A DNA stretch of 64,000 nt. Source: Balanoglossus misakiensis. Lineage: Eukaryota; Animalia; Hemichordata. Below, in pieces: positions 1 through 14,200 of this stretch. A program made the translations under genes and the position numbers. Position 1 is the first letter of the stretch. Every line of letters begins with the position of its first letter. The stretch covers positions 7,859,519-7,923,518 of the forward strand of contig CM082578.2 in NCBI GenBank assembly GCA_040954595.2. Reading direction: 5' to 3'. Below the pieces are notes generated by a model. That model was not told the DNA's origin. It saw only the letters and a program-made list of their open reading frames with translations, and made no database searches.

Positions 1-2208
1 ACAGTTACTATGGCAAATTGAGATCCAGACAATCACTGATGTTCTGTGGCACACATGAAAAAAGAGTGCCACCATATATTCTTAAAACACTCAGGTACGC
101 CATTTTAGCCATAACTGGAGTGGACATATGTAGTCTGTCTTTAACTACGGAAGCAAGCTCAGTATCAAAGGTAAATGACACAAACACTGAAGATGCCCAT
201 GGTAGAAATTTGAGGCTTAGAATATTGTACATGCGATGATGGGTATGCGAACATCTGGGCACCCAGTGAAGTTAAATCAAAACCACAAGTACAAAAGTCA
301 TTGCGTGAACAAAGAAGTTCCATTTTATTTGCCTGTATTGTAACTAAAGAATTTATGAAGGCTGCAAAGCTGATGCAGAAAAATTGATTGTCTCTCAACA
401 AAATCACAGTTTGTTTGGGGAGTCTATGCTGAATTATGCATTATGAGATTAGGAGCATAAGGATTTGGTCTTCATGAACATTGGTAAAGTTGAAACTGTT
501 GATATCAAAAAATCCCAACTCCAGAATATAATGTTACACATTGACTACCAAATTGGTCTACAGATAGTAGATGTCATGCAAAAGCAGTACAAACACAAAG
601 GAATAAACAAATATGCATGTTTCTATGTTGGATTAGAAACATGGGTTTGTTTGTGCTGGTCCATTCGAATTCTGGAATTTAATCACTGAGCAAGCAGCAA
701 CGTGCATGGGCTAATCAAATTGAAATACAGTGAAACTTGTCTAAAGGACACCCTTCAGAACACCTGGAGTGCCCTTAAAAGTCTACAGTACACAAAATGC
801 AGTATTAGGCTTGAAAGAGATGGTTTTGAATTATATGAGTCATACATTCCATTGGTGGAATTGTTGATTTTGTATTTTGAAAATTACAAGTCAATTTCCG
901 TTGTGAATCTCCAGATAATGTTCTGTTTTGTCCATCCAGGTTTGAACTTGTAAAATTCAGACAGTTGTTCATGCACTATCCAAAATCATTACTTGTCAGC
1001 CGTCATGTTTCATCCATACTCGAGTTGTTTCATACAAATTAACATCCCATACGCTTCTGCACTCTTGTCAGTTTCAGGGGTCGTACATGTACACTCGTGG
1101 CTAAATACATTTGCCATGTCTTCCCAGGAGCGAGTTTCATTTCATAAGAACGTGTGGGCAAAGTGCTCATTACCAGGACAAGAGCTGTCTACATTTAATT
1201 TTACATGGCGTGATGAGATCCCACTGTTATACCCATGTGGCCGGGCTGACTGACAGATGGATGGCCGAGATGAACATGACCATTTTGCAGTCAGATTGCA
1301 CTGCTCAGAACTGCACAAATCCAACTTCTGACTTAGAACTGACATTTCAAATTAAAACATTTCTGGTCTCAATGTCATTACACTCTTTACCATTGTCTAT
1401 TCATGGATCATTTTGGCTTTGATTGACGGGCATGAGGCTTTGTAATATATCAATGTTCTAAAGAAGAAAAACCCAATGAAATATATGAAATAGTGAACAA
1501 CATCTAAAGTGAAAATATGAGTAATCAACCAGATTTGAACAAAATTCATTGTTGTTGGATTAGCAGTTTTCAGTGCCAAAAATTATATAAACCTTTTCAG
1601 TATTTAACATTACTCAGGCACTGAATAAACCTGTTGCGTCATCCTGACACAAACAAAATCTTTCATACGAGATGAACGTTGTAAGCGACCATACTTCCAG
1701 CCGTCACAATCAAAATTCATTCTTAAACTCTTCAAATGGATCCATTATTCAAACACTGTACAGATATTCAGAGATTCAATATTTTATCTTCTCGGATAAA
1801 AAACCCCAATGCTTTTCACAAATAGAATATGGCTCCAAATTTGCCAGTTTATCTCGAACGGATATTGCAATCAGTTTTTTTCAACTACAGGGTGTATCAT
1901 CATTAATACCCAGCAGTAAGATGACTTTGATTGGAGAGAGAATGAAAATGAAAAGAGATGTGAACATTATTTTTTAAAGACTTTCTCTGAGCACGTGTTT
2001 TGTCACAGTGCTTGACTCGTACAGCGATATATTATACCTTGACCACGGTTGGTATGTTTTGGCACATGACAAGCCTTTCTGGCCGAGTGCACACAGCAGG
2101 GGCCCGGAACCTTCTCTGACTGCCGCCATCTCTCACTGCAAGCTGATTGGTTTGCATCAGCTCAATGGATTCATCCACTTACATCGGTTGATAGGGGTCT
2201 CGCTGACT

Positions 2209-5200
2209 TTACCATCTCCTTGATAAAATCAAAAGAGAGAAATCAGTTGTATTCATTTAAACCTTGGGCTCCTTCGCCTGTGTATGAAGAAAGGGCTCCT
2301 CAACCAATTGTGTGTGAGGAAAAAACCTTAACCTATTGTGTATGAAAAGAGAGGACACCTTAACCTTATGTGTATGGGAAAAAAGACGACTATTCCCCTT
2401 TACCTTCCACCTGACTTGAAAATCAGATCAGCATCAGGAACTCCTTTGGGATGCTGAAATTTCGTTTTCTTTTCCCTGTTGGTATTTGCGGCTGCTGGTT
2501 TCTGCATTGACGCTAACATTTCTGAAAATGAATGATGTCAAATTGGACACTTTACTGGCCCGCGTATTTAGAAACAGTGTGAATTATCATGTCCATCAGA
2601 GTCAAAGGATGTGAGTGCCATTCTCATGTGATACACTGATAGAATTTTGTCACACACTGTAAATAACATGAAATAAGGTAGGGTTAAGCACTTTCCCTGA
2701 CTCTACATTTCATGCAGTATTCAAGGAATACTCAATTATAACAAAAATTTCATTTCATGATACATTTTATTGTCCAAATTTCTTGAATATATAATACTCC
2801 ACGAAAAAATCTGCAGCGCTCTTGCCATGAACAGTTCCCTTGCGATCTACTGTGTCATACCTTGGTAATCTTCTTCTTCTTGTCTTTCATTGATGTTTAA
2901 TGTCAACCGTTTCATTTTCTGTTTTTCTGCCAATTCCGCCTGCGTTAGAAAAACGAAAATCAAGGATGATGATGGCATGTATAAGTACTTGTAGTGATGA
3001 GTAATGTACATAAAAATAGAAGAGGCATCGTGTTTGTGTCAAATACTAGAACCAGCGCTGAAACTACCCTTTCACAGTCCAACCTGTCTATAGTGGCCAG
3101 TCAAGAGAATTTCCTAAACTGGCTTTTACAGACAGGTGACCTTTATTATTATTATTATTATTTGGTTCATATGCTTTACATAGGAACAAGTGTATGAAGC
3201 ATGTGAGAAATGCTCTTGTGAAGAAACAAAATCAAGTGAACAGAAAATCGTGCCACAGCAGCCACTTACCTCTTCTCTGTTCTTCAGAGTTGTCACCAAT
3301 GTTGACTTGGCAGGTACTTGAACCGTCCTGTACTGTTGTTTGTTTCCCTTCCTGGTGATCATCACAAAGTCCACGTGTGTTTTCTCTTCCTCTTCGACAA
3401 TTCGCAGCTGGTCGAACGTCTTTTTCTTGGCCTTCAAATTGACAGGCACCGAGACGTCTAACTGTGGCACTTTAATGATTTCATTATTCCGTTGCTGTTA
3501 TTTAAATGATGGAAACAAAAATAAGTGTTCTGTTTACATGAGAGTAACAACACTGGAATTTCTGAACTTGTTGCAAGCTAAATGAGGAAGTGAGAATTTT
3601 ATATTAATTTTGAATTGATTGCTGTTTAAAATGTGCTATTTTTTTAGCTCAGTAGCAGCAGAACCCTAATTTTTTGGTTCTTGGCTGTCAAGACAACAAG
3701 CATATGTATGGATGTTTACAAACCTGTAAATTTTCTGCCATAACTTTATCAAACGCAGCAAGAAAATCATCATCCTCATCACAAGTGATGTGTTTGGGGC
3801 CACCAGTGAGTACAGTCACCTGTGTGATCAGGGGGAAAAAATGTGTTGTCCTATCAGAAAACTGATAAATGTGGTACTGTATCAGTTCTGATATATATTT
3901 GTGTACATATTATGTAATGCATTGCTGACATCGCCATTTTGTGCAGTGCCTTATGGATCAGATATATACATGCATGTATGTATGTACATGTACTGTATGA
4001 ACAGGCATGTACATGTACATACATTGCATCAGCAGTATGCTCCAAAGTTAATGATGTGATTGTCACTTGATAGAGGTACAGGGGTACAACAGTTACACCA
4101 TAGACAAACATGTTATCAGTAATTAATGTACACAGTAGACAGGAAAGAGTATGTGCCCAGGGTATGTGCCATGCATCAAGATAACGTGATAACCTTGGGT
4201 GAAAGCTGAGAGCTGCGTGTATGTAAATATGTGTTTCTTCATATGAATGGTTTTTTTTATATACAGTGTATCTTTATGGTCCAATTTTAAGCTATGACTG
4301 AAAAATGAATATTGTTTGTTTGTTGTGACACAGTTGGATAATAGTGTTGTGCATGCCATCAAATCAGATTCCTACCTGATCTTCCTCTTCGACTTCACCA
4401 GCAGAATCCATTCCATCAGTCTCATCACCCTAAATAGTGTATGCAAACAAAAATCTCATCCATTCTGTCCATTCCCCAAACACACTGCCTACCTGTGTCT
4501 AACTTGACTTCTAATCTGTATTGGCTCCACATGTCCTGAGACATTACCTCAACTGTTTTCCTGTCACCATGGTTATACTATCTGCCTTATCTCTGATGTG
4601 TGTAATTATAACAGTGTGTGTGTCTATTTTGTGTCAAATAACCATACGCTAATGTATTCTCACTGTACACTACATTACACCACACTACATTATTCTACAC
4701 CACACTGTTACTGACAATACTGATCTAGCACACATGTGTCCATGCGTCTTTCTTTCAGTAACATGTATCATCAAAATGTATATGTCTGATTCAAAGCAGC
4801 TTAACTTCTTTGACAAGTGTCTACATCACCTGACACTTATAACAACAGTTATAAATCTACATGTAGATGTAATTATTTGACCTACAGCAGTGTTTCGTCA
4901 CAAAAATTGACTAGAGAAAACCAATATCCAAGGCGACAGTAACAGAAAAACATGTGTAAACTCATAGCTATATTTCTGATTTCCATCAGATCTTCATCAA
5001 AGATTCTCTTTCAATGTTGTCATTTCGTATTTTCTACTCACATCTCTTTCAGCTGTTCCTTCTTGGCTCATACTTAGACTCTGGCTATCTCTCTCGCCGT
5101 CCGCGTGCCGTGCATGCATGTGTCTCACATCATCTCTGTCAGAATCATCAGAGTCAGTCTCTTCGTCCATCTCTGTGATCACAGGCAGTCCATCTGCATG

Positions 5201-8200
5201 TTCTGGCATTGTTTCTGTCAACAAATGTACATTTACTCTTAAATGTACAGCTATCATCAAGTTTCATTTTTTTCGCAAAGAGTTTCCACTGGGCTCTAAT
5301 TCATTTAGTTTCTCGTCATTTGCCTAACCTTGTCTTCAAGCTCCGATATTTTATTAACAGCTAACCCTCATCCCCCCCCCCCCCACCAAACAACACCCTC
5401 TATGGTCAGACCAGGCAAAAAAAGCATGCCCACTCCGGCTCATGCAGAACAACACCATATCACACTTACACATGCCTGTATTTACCTCTAATGATTTTGA
5501 AAATTGCTAATGCACAGAATACTTGCAATCGGAGACTGAACTCGACTAAATTACAGTACCTGTTTCTGGAGGTGCTGGTGCTGACACTGTTTCATCACCC
5601 TCTACTATGGTGGTCAGTGTGTGTGGGACATCTTCATGCTCCTCAGAGGCTCCACTTACAGGTAGGAACGGAGCTGTCAACGAACAAAATGCAATAGATC
5701 TCGTATGAGAAATTTCACTTGCAGAGTTCAATGGATCCTGTAACCATACTGCTGCTATATGGTATGAGTGACTTTTTACACTGAACTTGTCTGCAGATGT
5801 GATATTAACATACCACAATCAGTATATGTAGTTTTGACGGGGGAATGTTGCTTTAGATATCTTTGGGGTTGTTCTAACAGGAATATAGATATAGGGGACA
5901 ACTTACCAATTTTGGGTAAATACTCTTGTTCCAATTCTCTCACAGATTCATTAGCTTCTTCAGCGCTGGAAGGCTGGTTCAGTTTTGGTCGGAGGGCTTC
6001 TAAAGTATCAGACACCATGTATTCAACGTCTATTGGAAAGGGGTGGGTTTCAGCATTCCAAATTTCTAACTGTTTCTTGTACCAGATGTATCTCTGCCAT
6101 GGGTGAGTAATGCCATATTAATTCACGGTGTACACAAACTGCATCATTCACGTGTGAGTGTATTGACTAAAACATAATCTTCAATGATCATTACTGAAAT
6201 GTGAAATACTAGTTTGAAAAAAGTTTCAAGGTATTCAAATCACAAATACGTTTGATTTCAAAACAAAGACTACATTGTATACTTAAGAGTTGCTAATTCT
6301 AAAACTGAGCAACTCCAGAATTGATCAATCGCGTTAAAACTGCAACATGCTTTCTTGGAATTGAAAGTTACACTACTGTACACTTACCAGAAAGTAGACA
6401 AAGAAACAGTCCAACTTCTTTTTACTGGAACCTCTATCAAAGTACTGACCACACGTATCCAGCAGTGTGCAGACAAGCCTAAGACGAAACAAATGCTCTG
6501 GGGGATCTAGAGGAGTTGGTGGACCTGTAGTACAAGAAGACATTACAGTAAGGACATGCATGAAAAAAAAGGCTTAGGCAAGGACATTCAGCAAAAGAAA
6601 TTTCCAGATAAAATTTTCAAAATTTGTAATATACACTACATGGTGATCAGTTATCTAGATCACTTTGGACAGGGTTTATTTACACAAGAACAATAATAAT
6701 AAGAGTTATCAGCAAAACAATATATCTACAACTTCAAAGCAGATGACTGTCTCCTACAAACCTTCCAAGTTGACGGCAAAGGTAATAAACGAATAGAGCT
6801 CTTTAAAGATCACAGCAGATTCCACCATTCTGTAGTTGTATAATTCACCCAGATACTTGACCACACTGACCCGTCTTTGGTTGTACTTGGGATGGTTTAT
6901 CTGCAGGGTGAAAGACAACGGCATAGCATTCTAGTGTGTTCAATATGACTAGTATGTACAAACATGTAGGTCTTTGATTATAAAATGGTGTTTTGTGTTC
7001 TGTGAAGAATGCAGAACACATGGTCCATCAATGTCAAGAACACGCTGTCACAGTCAATATATGAGAAAAACTGAAATATGTGAAAGAAACATTGTTTAGT
7101 TAATATACCTCCATGCCGAGTCTGATTTCTTCAAGAACACCATCAACTACTTGTATTCCAACCTCCTCATGGTACGGGACCAATCCAGCCAACAGACTAG
7201 CTGCACAGTGGATGTTGTTATATTTGACATTCCAAATGGCTGTAAGACACTTTGTGGTATAGCTACTGATCTGTAAATTGACAAAGCAAAGACAATTTTA
7301 TGATTTTGTCAAAAGTACATGAAATAAAAAAGTTTTTAACTTTCTAAGAAATTCTTCACTTCAACATTTCCTGCGTTACCTCTTTATCACCCCACGGCAG
7401 TTTACGGATTTGTTTCAGAATTTTCTCCACATTCAGCTTGGCCAGGTCCTTGTAGAGCAACTTCCGGATGTATTCGTGCATGGGAGGTCTGACTTTCCTG
7501 ACTTCCTGCTTCACGTCTGGTGGGTTGCAATAGAAGAAGGCATTCTCCACCATTGTGTTCTGTCTCTCGTTCAGAGGCAGTTTAGCTTTCTTTCTCATCA
7601 TCAGTTCCTGAGCAGAAAAGAAATTCACATCGGTTAATTAAATTTACCACTTATAATATTTGTCTACGTCGTATTGTTGAGAGAAAAAAAAAAAACATTT
7701 TTTTGTTCAGAAACAATCACAGACATTACTTGGTAATGTAACTGATGCACATTATATAATTAATTTCAAACAAATGGTTGTATTTTTGCAAACTTGCATT
7801 TGTGGCACTTACCAGGAGGGCATTCGTTCTCAGGTGGGAGTCTGCTGATCTGTAGAGGAACCGTCCACATGCTTCCAGAAGATTACAGGCCATCTCGATG
7901 TTGTGATGCGCGAAATCATGTAACAGCATCTAAAATAAACCAAAAGCAAATAAATACCTATTGACTGAATTTGGATCTTCGTCTGGTTCATCTGACCAAT
8001 TTTGCCGCTGCACTCATGAATAGGGTCAGGCATACACAAGCTGTTCTGATTGGTGAATATGCCTTAAGTTGTGTGGCACTACTATTCAACTTTTTAAATA
8101 GTGGAGACTACATATCATCTAAGGAAAACAAAACCCTGAACGTAGCCCACCACTGGAAATACCTCACACGGACTTGACAGGCTTGCTAAATTCAAAATAC

Positions 8201-11200
8201 CTGCCAGCTAATTACAGTTATGCTTGTGATAATCCGAATTTGGAATCCAGTCAGCTGATGCACATGTACTTACTTTGAGGCAATGCAGTGTATCAGCTTT
8301 CGGGAACATGCTGAACTTTGTCAGCTCACCTACAAAAATATGTAAAACATCATGAAGTTGTTATTTTTTCAAACAGATAATTGATTAATCAATTAATTGA
8401 TCAATCAATAAATTATAGAAATTGCATGTTAACCACAAACATAAGAAACAGCTGGTCGGCCTGCATGACCACATACTTTCATAACATTACACAACATATG
8501 ATTTTGTTAAGAAGTTCAATACTTACCAATAAACCGTACAGTTTTTATTTTGGACTCCAAGTTGATCTGATCTTTCTTTCTGACCTTTTGTATGAAAGAA
8601 ACATCTTATCAGTGAGCTAACAGTGCATTGTTTCATCAGTTGCTGATTTATTTGGTATAATCTGTATACTTTATAACTTAAATGATTTTACTTACATGCC
8701 ATCTGAAGTCTCCCTTCAACTTGTCGACTAGATCTCTCGCTATGTCAGGCATACAGGGAAAGAGTATGGCTACAAGGCGTCCATAAAAGGGCAGTAAATC
8801 TAACCTGCAACATAACATGGCAATTGGCATACACAGAGTTGTTAATCTATGGGTCTACTCAATCACATTTACCGGTACACTATTTTGAGAATGTTTGCAC
8901 AACTGGTAATAATAATGCCAACTGATATGAAGAAGTTGTGCACCTGACCCTTATTACGATATAGATGACTGACCACCTCTGATTGAAATTGGCTAGGGTA
9001 CAAGTATTTCATGTACAGAAAAGTATACAAATACATGTATATGTACCCTGTAATTTCAAACTTTCCCCTAGATTGCTTTTCACACTAAATCAATCAATTT
9101 ACCTTGTTCTGGGTACCAGGAAAAGTGCTTTGACTAACTTCTTACGGTTAGATTTGGTGTTCAGGTTCATGCAAAAGTCAACAGCAGCCTAAAACCACAA
9201 AAAGGAAACGCCAACTTAGTCAATGTTGCATATTTTTTTGCATGGTCACTTGAAGAATTTTCACATGGTTTTTGAATTACAGATGTTACTAATCCATTAT
9301 TGGGGATTATATTTGAATTGTCTATGGTGAAAAATAGTCTTGGTCAGATATATGAAACACACCGTCTTGTGGCATATACGGTTAAATTCTTAATGAATGT
9401 GTGCCCCACTACAATACAACATACCTGATCAATAAATTCCCTGTTGACACATTGTGGCAACTTTTGTAGAAATGCTTCTAACAGAGCTTTCATACTGACG
9501 TTGCTTCCAGGCTCTTCTTCTTCAGTGTCAACTGAAATAAATTAATTATGCTTTAAATTTCAATATAATGCTAAATTCAATGCAGCAGTCTTTGAAATGC
9601 ATTTCTCTTGGAAATATGAATTACAGTGAGGTCATATGAAACACCACAGCCTTTTTTGCTGATTTTCAATTTTGCTGTTGTTGCAGATCTGTATATTACA
9701 TGTTTTCTACTTACCATCGAGCTCAGCAATATTTTCCAGGTCTTCCATAATCTTGTCTTCTTCCTCAATGATAGCATTGTCAGTTGTGTGTTCGGTTTCA
9801 TCTTCTGTTCCTTCGTCTTCCGTTTCTGTGTCTGTTACCTCCAGCTTGCTCATTTCTAAAGACAAATAAACATATACACAAATCTTTTATTAACAATGGT
9901 TGTTCTTTGACAGCTGTTACACCGGTACCTTGAAATGGAATTCTTGGTTTCAACCAGAAATACCAACAGACAGTATGTGACTTACACAAATGGTATTTCA
10001 GTAAGTCTTACATGCCAATACCTTGGCTGGCAAAGATGGTCTATGATACATCTCTACATATCTCTCTCACCTTCCTCTAATTGTTCCACAGTTTCTTCAC
10101 TGGTTTGTTCCTCCTTCTCACTGTCTTTGAATAAAATCTGATAAAATGAAAATTAAAAAAAAAAAGAGGAAAATGAGTCCGGCACACCTGGATGGGGGGG
10201 GGGGGGGGGGGTACAAAGCATGGTTAACGTCAAATGGAACATCTGGTGGAATCAAAGAGATACATGTATACTTTACTTACCCCAGGAACAAATGCTTTCA
10301 GACTCAGCAGATTTTCATAGAAGGACTTGGTGTCTTCATCCTCCCATAGCGAAGTTTCAAAGTCAAATTCCACACCCAGATGGTAAGGGTTGAACACATC
10401 AATACCCACTCCACTTTCCAGTTTGGCACTTTCTGCAAAATCATGAAGGGAAAAAACATGTGTGGATCAGATCAATACAGTAGCTGTACTTCATTTACCC
10501 CTTATATACTGTAGCGACAAAATACTCAATGATATGAGCTCGGTGGGGAAGTTCTTAAGAAAACAGTATCAAAGGTTGCTTCTCATAGTGTAAAATTTTC
10601 AAGTTTCATCTCATTTGTCATGTGGTGTGCTTACCATCTTCAGGGAGGTCGGGCATATCTTCATCTAATAAATCCTAAAATATAAAGAAAATCAATTGAA
10701 AACAGCATCTCTCTCATAAATTCTCTTTATAGCAATTCTACAAGGACACACACACCACTGACGCAGTTAACAAGGCTCTACTCTTAAGACCATTCAAATT
10801 AGCATACTTAAAAAGTAGCATACATGTATGTATATTGTAACCTACGAGCATACTTGCTTGTTACATCAAAGCAATGTTTGTGAGGAAATGAGTAGACAAA
10901 ACAATAGCATACTTACAGAGAAAGTTGACACATTTACAAGTAGTTTTTGATATGCAGCTTGAGCCTTCTCAGCTTCATCTCTCTTGTCTTGACTCAGTTC
11001 TCCTTTCATCTGATGACAAACAGAAAATTTGAGGTCAAGTGAAGCTTTTTTCTGTAGCTACATGTATACACATGTGTGCTTATCTAGGAATGCTGCCCAA
11101 GTTGACATTCAAATTTTACATTTCTTGCATAAAAACAAAAAAATAATTCTTTAAATGTCACTCAGTCCCCTGCAGTAGCAGCACTTATTAGAGGTACAAG

Positions 11201-14200
11201 TAGTAGAAGCAACACAAACTGCAAGCTTATAAACTGACATCTTTCTGGCTAATCAAAAGTAAAAGCGATCACAGCAATTACCTGAAGTGTTTTTCTGTTG
11301 TGTCTTTCTAGTGACTGTAACCGTTTATGTTCTTGCAACAGATGCTTGCTGAGTGAACTATAGTAATCTCGCAGCATATTCTGACAGGACTTCTGTACCT
11401 CGGCTGAGAAGATTTCACTCTTTGGAAGAGAGATGTTGAACTTTTCCGCCAACAGCCTATAAAAAAAAAAGGAAATCAGATATTGCTTAGCATTCATTTC
11501 TTCATGAAAATGTCAATACGACAGACTTTGCATGTACTCAGAACTGTATTATTGTTCATCTAGACTATCTACAACCATTGCTGCATTTCTGGTTATTCAC
11601 ATTGGCAGCAACAGGAGGGAGTGATCTCATGTAACTTTTTGCCATGGGTTTTCATCTATGCATATAGTAAACAGTTTGACAGCACTCATACTGTACCTGT
11701 TTTTTCTCGGAATCAAACCGGCGTAATCTTCTCCACAATGTCTTGCAAAGCTAAGTATCAAAGAAGTATTGGAATGGGTCTGCTTGTCTGCATTTGTCAC
11801 CGAAGATATTTGATTCGCCAGAAGTGGCAGGCCTTCCTTGTCAGTGAATACACCATACACAACAAGCTATGGAAAGAAACAACACAAGCATGTTAAGTTT
11901 ACTAAATAAAACGGACATCACATGTGACAGGAACTCTCACTATTTTGCCAGTAATCATTTTATGTATGTGTGCAAAGGCAAACGACCACAAGTTGTTCTG
12001 AGCGTATGCAATGCACATAGGTAGTGCACATGTAAGGTGACAAGATCATATAAGTCCTTGTAGCAATGCAATCAACTTTAAAAGGGGATATCATCACCCA
12101 AAACGTTTCTCTCCCAAAGTCTCTCTCACTGGTCCACATTACCAGTGTTGTCAGTAACAAGTACATGTACTAACAACAGACCTTACCTCTGCCAACAGGC
12201 GCAATGTGACTCTGAGCTTTCCTGTATCAGAAACCTGTGAAATAGATTGTACACAAATTGGCAGTAAGGCACAATGCACAATTTACTATAGTGGGGCCAT
12301 TCATCAATCATCACTATATTACAGCATACATATTTTTATGGTGCTTTGAGCACGAAAGGCACTGACCCCATGTGGCAAGATATTATCACATGCATAAAAC
12401 TCTTCAAAACAAGTAAAACATTATGATAACCATCACTCAGGCCACCAATGATGCCATATGCGGATTTATTTTTTCACTCGTACCTTTTCATCTTTCTTTG
12501 GTAAAGCTTTCTGGAATGCTTGAAGAAGCTGAGGTGAAAACTCAGCATACCGCTGATGAAGAAGTGAACACATGTGAACCACACAACTTATGTCAGACAT
12601 CTGTGAAGCAAAATAAATATCAGAGACAGTTAGCATCACTGTGTATTGTAGGCCTGTTTATAACAGTACTACAGGTGTTCACATTTTGCAACTGTGCTGA
12701 CCAAAGATCGCAAACTACCAATTCATGCATGTATCATGAATTGTGTCAGGAATAACGATTGTGTCTGAGTCAAGTTACTGAATATTCTACTAACCAAATG
12801 ACATTTGGCTAGACGATTTACAAGTTGACAATACATCGTGTGTGTACTACATGCACATATAATGAATTATAATCTCACCTTATATTTTGCTTCAATAAAA
12901 GCAGTTACCTGTAAGGAAATATTTATTCCTGAGTTAATGGTGTTATAGGCATACAAAACACCATAATCACATATTGGTTAGAGTTGTTTCTACAACACAC
13001 CGTGATACAGTTATATTCAATTCCCAATTCCCAGGTTTTAACCACTTTCCTGCTGAGCCTAGAACATGACTACAGTATCGGGAGCAACTCACCAGCAGGT
13101 ACAAGATAAAAACAAACTGAAGTTTCAATCACCAGGACTTTGTAATTGTTCAATTTTATGGACAGGCCATGGCCACGGTAACAAAATAAACTTACTGCTT
13201 CTCCAATATATTTAGTAAGATTGAGTGAGTTGAAATCCGATGATAAAGCATCTTTTTGGTGTTCCGACATAGTCCTCTGGAAAGGAAAACAAAACTGACG
13301 TAAGTATGCAGAGGTGAAAAAGTAATTATTACATTTAGCAATCAGGTTTTACCACAGTGATCATTTGCAATTGTTGTCGATTATATCATGAAAGGCACAT
13401 ATTTTAGGATTGTAGCATCAAGCTCTACACTTTTGTGACGAGTTGAGTACAATATTATTAGAACTATTAAATTCACATATTATGAGAACCACACATTAGT
13501 ACATACCAGTTTTTTGATAAATGCGGTGTTCTTCTTCAAACTTGAATCAAGTTTACTGAAGAAGGATTCCTCTGGTCGTTCAGCTGATTAAGAAAAACAT
13601 GCAAAGCATGAATCACAGAGAGCTATAAAACAAATGAGAACACTGTAGGAACCTCTCAGTGATTAAAACTTTCTACCATAGACTTTGAATTAGCAGTCAT
13701 TTTTAAATACCTTCTTTAAATTGTTTTATAAAGCAGCCAAAATCTAAAGGAAATAATGATTTATTTTATGGGATTCAAACTCATACTGATTCTCGTACCA
13801 AGAAAGAGAGCACACAAAACCACTCAGCCAAATCCCCCCAGTCAACATAATCAGTTTTTACTTACATGCAGCATTTAAGTTTTTCACCCTGAGTGATGTC
13901 TTTGTAGCAATTCTTTCTTTTGTTTCACATTCAATTTCTTTTGCTTGTTTCTGTAAGATGACAGAATCACAATATGGTCAAACATCAGACACACAAATCC
14001 AATAACTACTGCACGTGTATATGGCATGTACCGGATTCCTCCAAATTATAACAGTAACATTTGTCTCATCTATATAAAAATAATTTAAGTAATTTGAATA
14101 ACAATAGATGCAATTGTTATGTTAAATATTTTCGATGAATGTAGTTCACTTGCCTCTTCTTCTTCTTTTTGTCTTGCAGCTGCCTCTTCTTCCTGACGTC

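Noticed and set aside
4493-4535. Possible 43-nt frameshifting poison exon in a UPF2 intron
   Set aside because: The acceptor lacks a pyrimidine tract and the downstream intron would be only about 63 nt; unsupported without RNA data.
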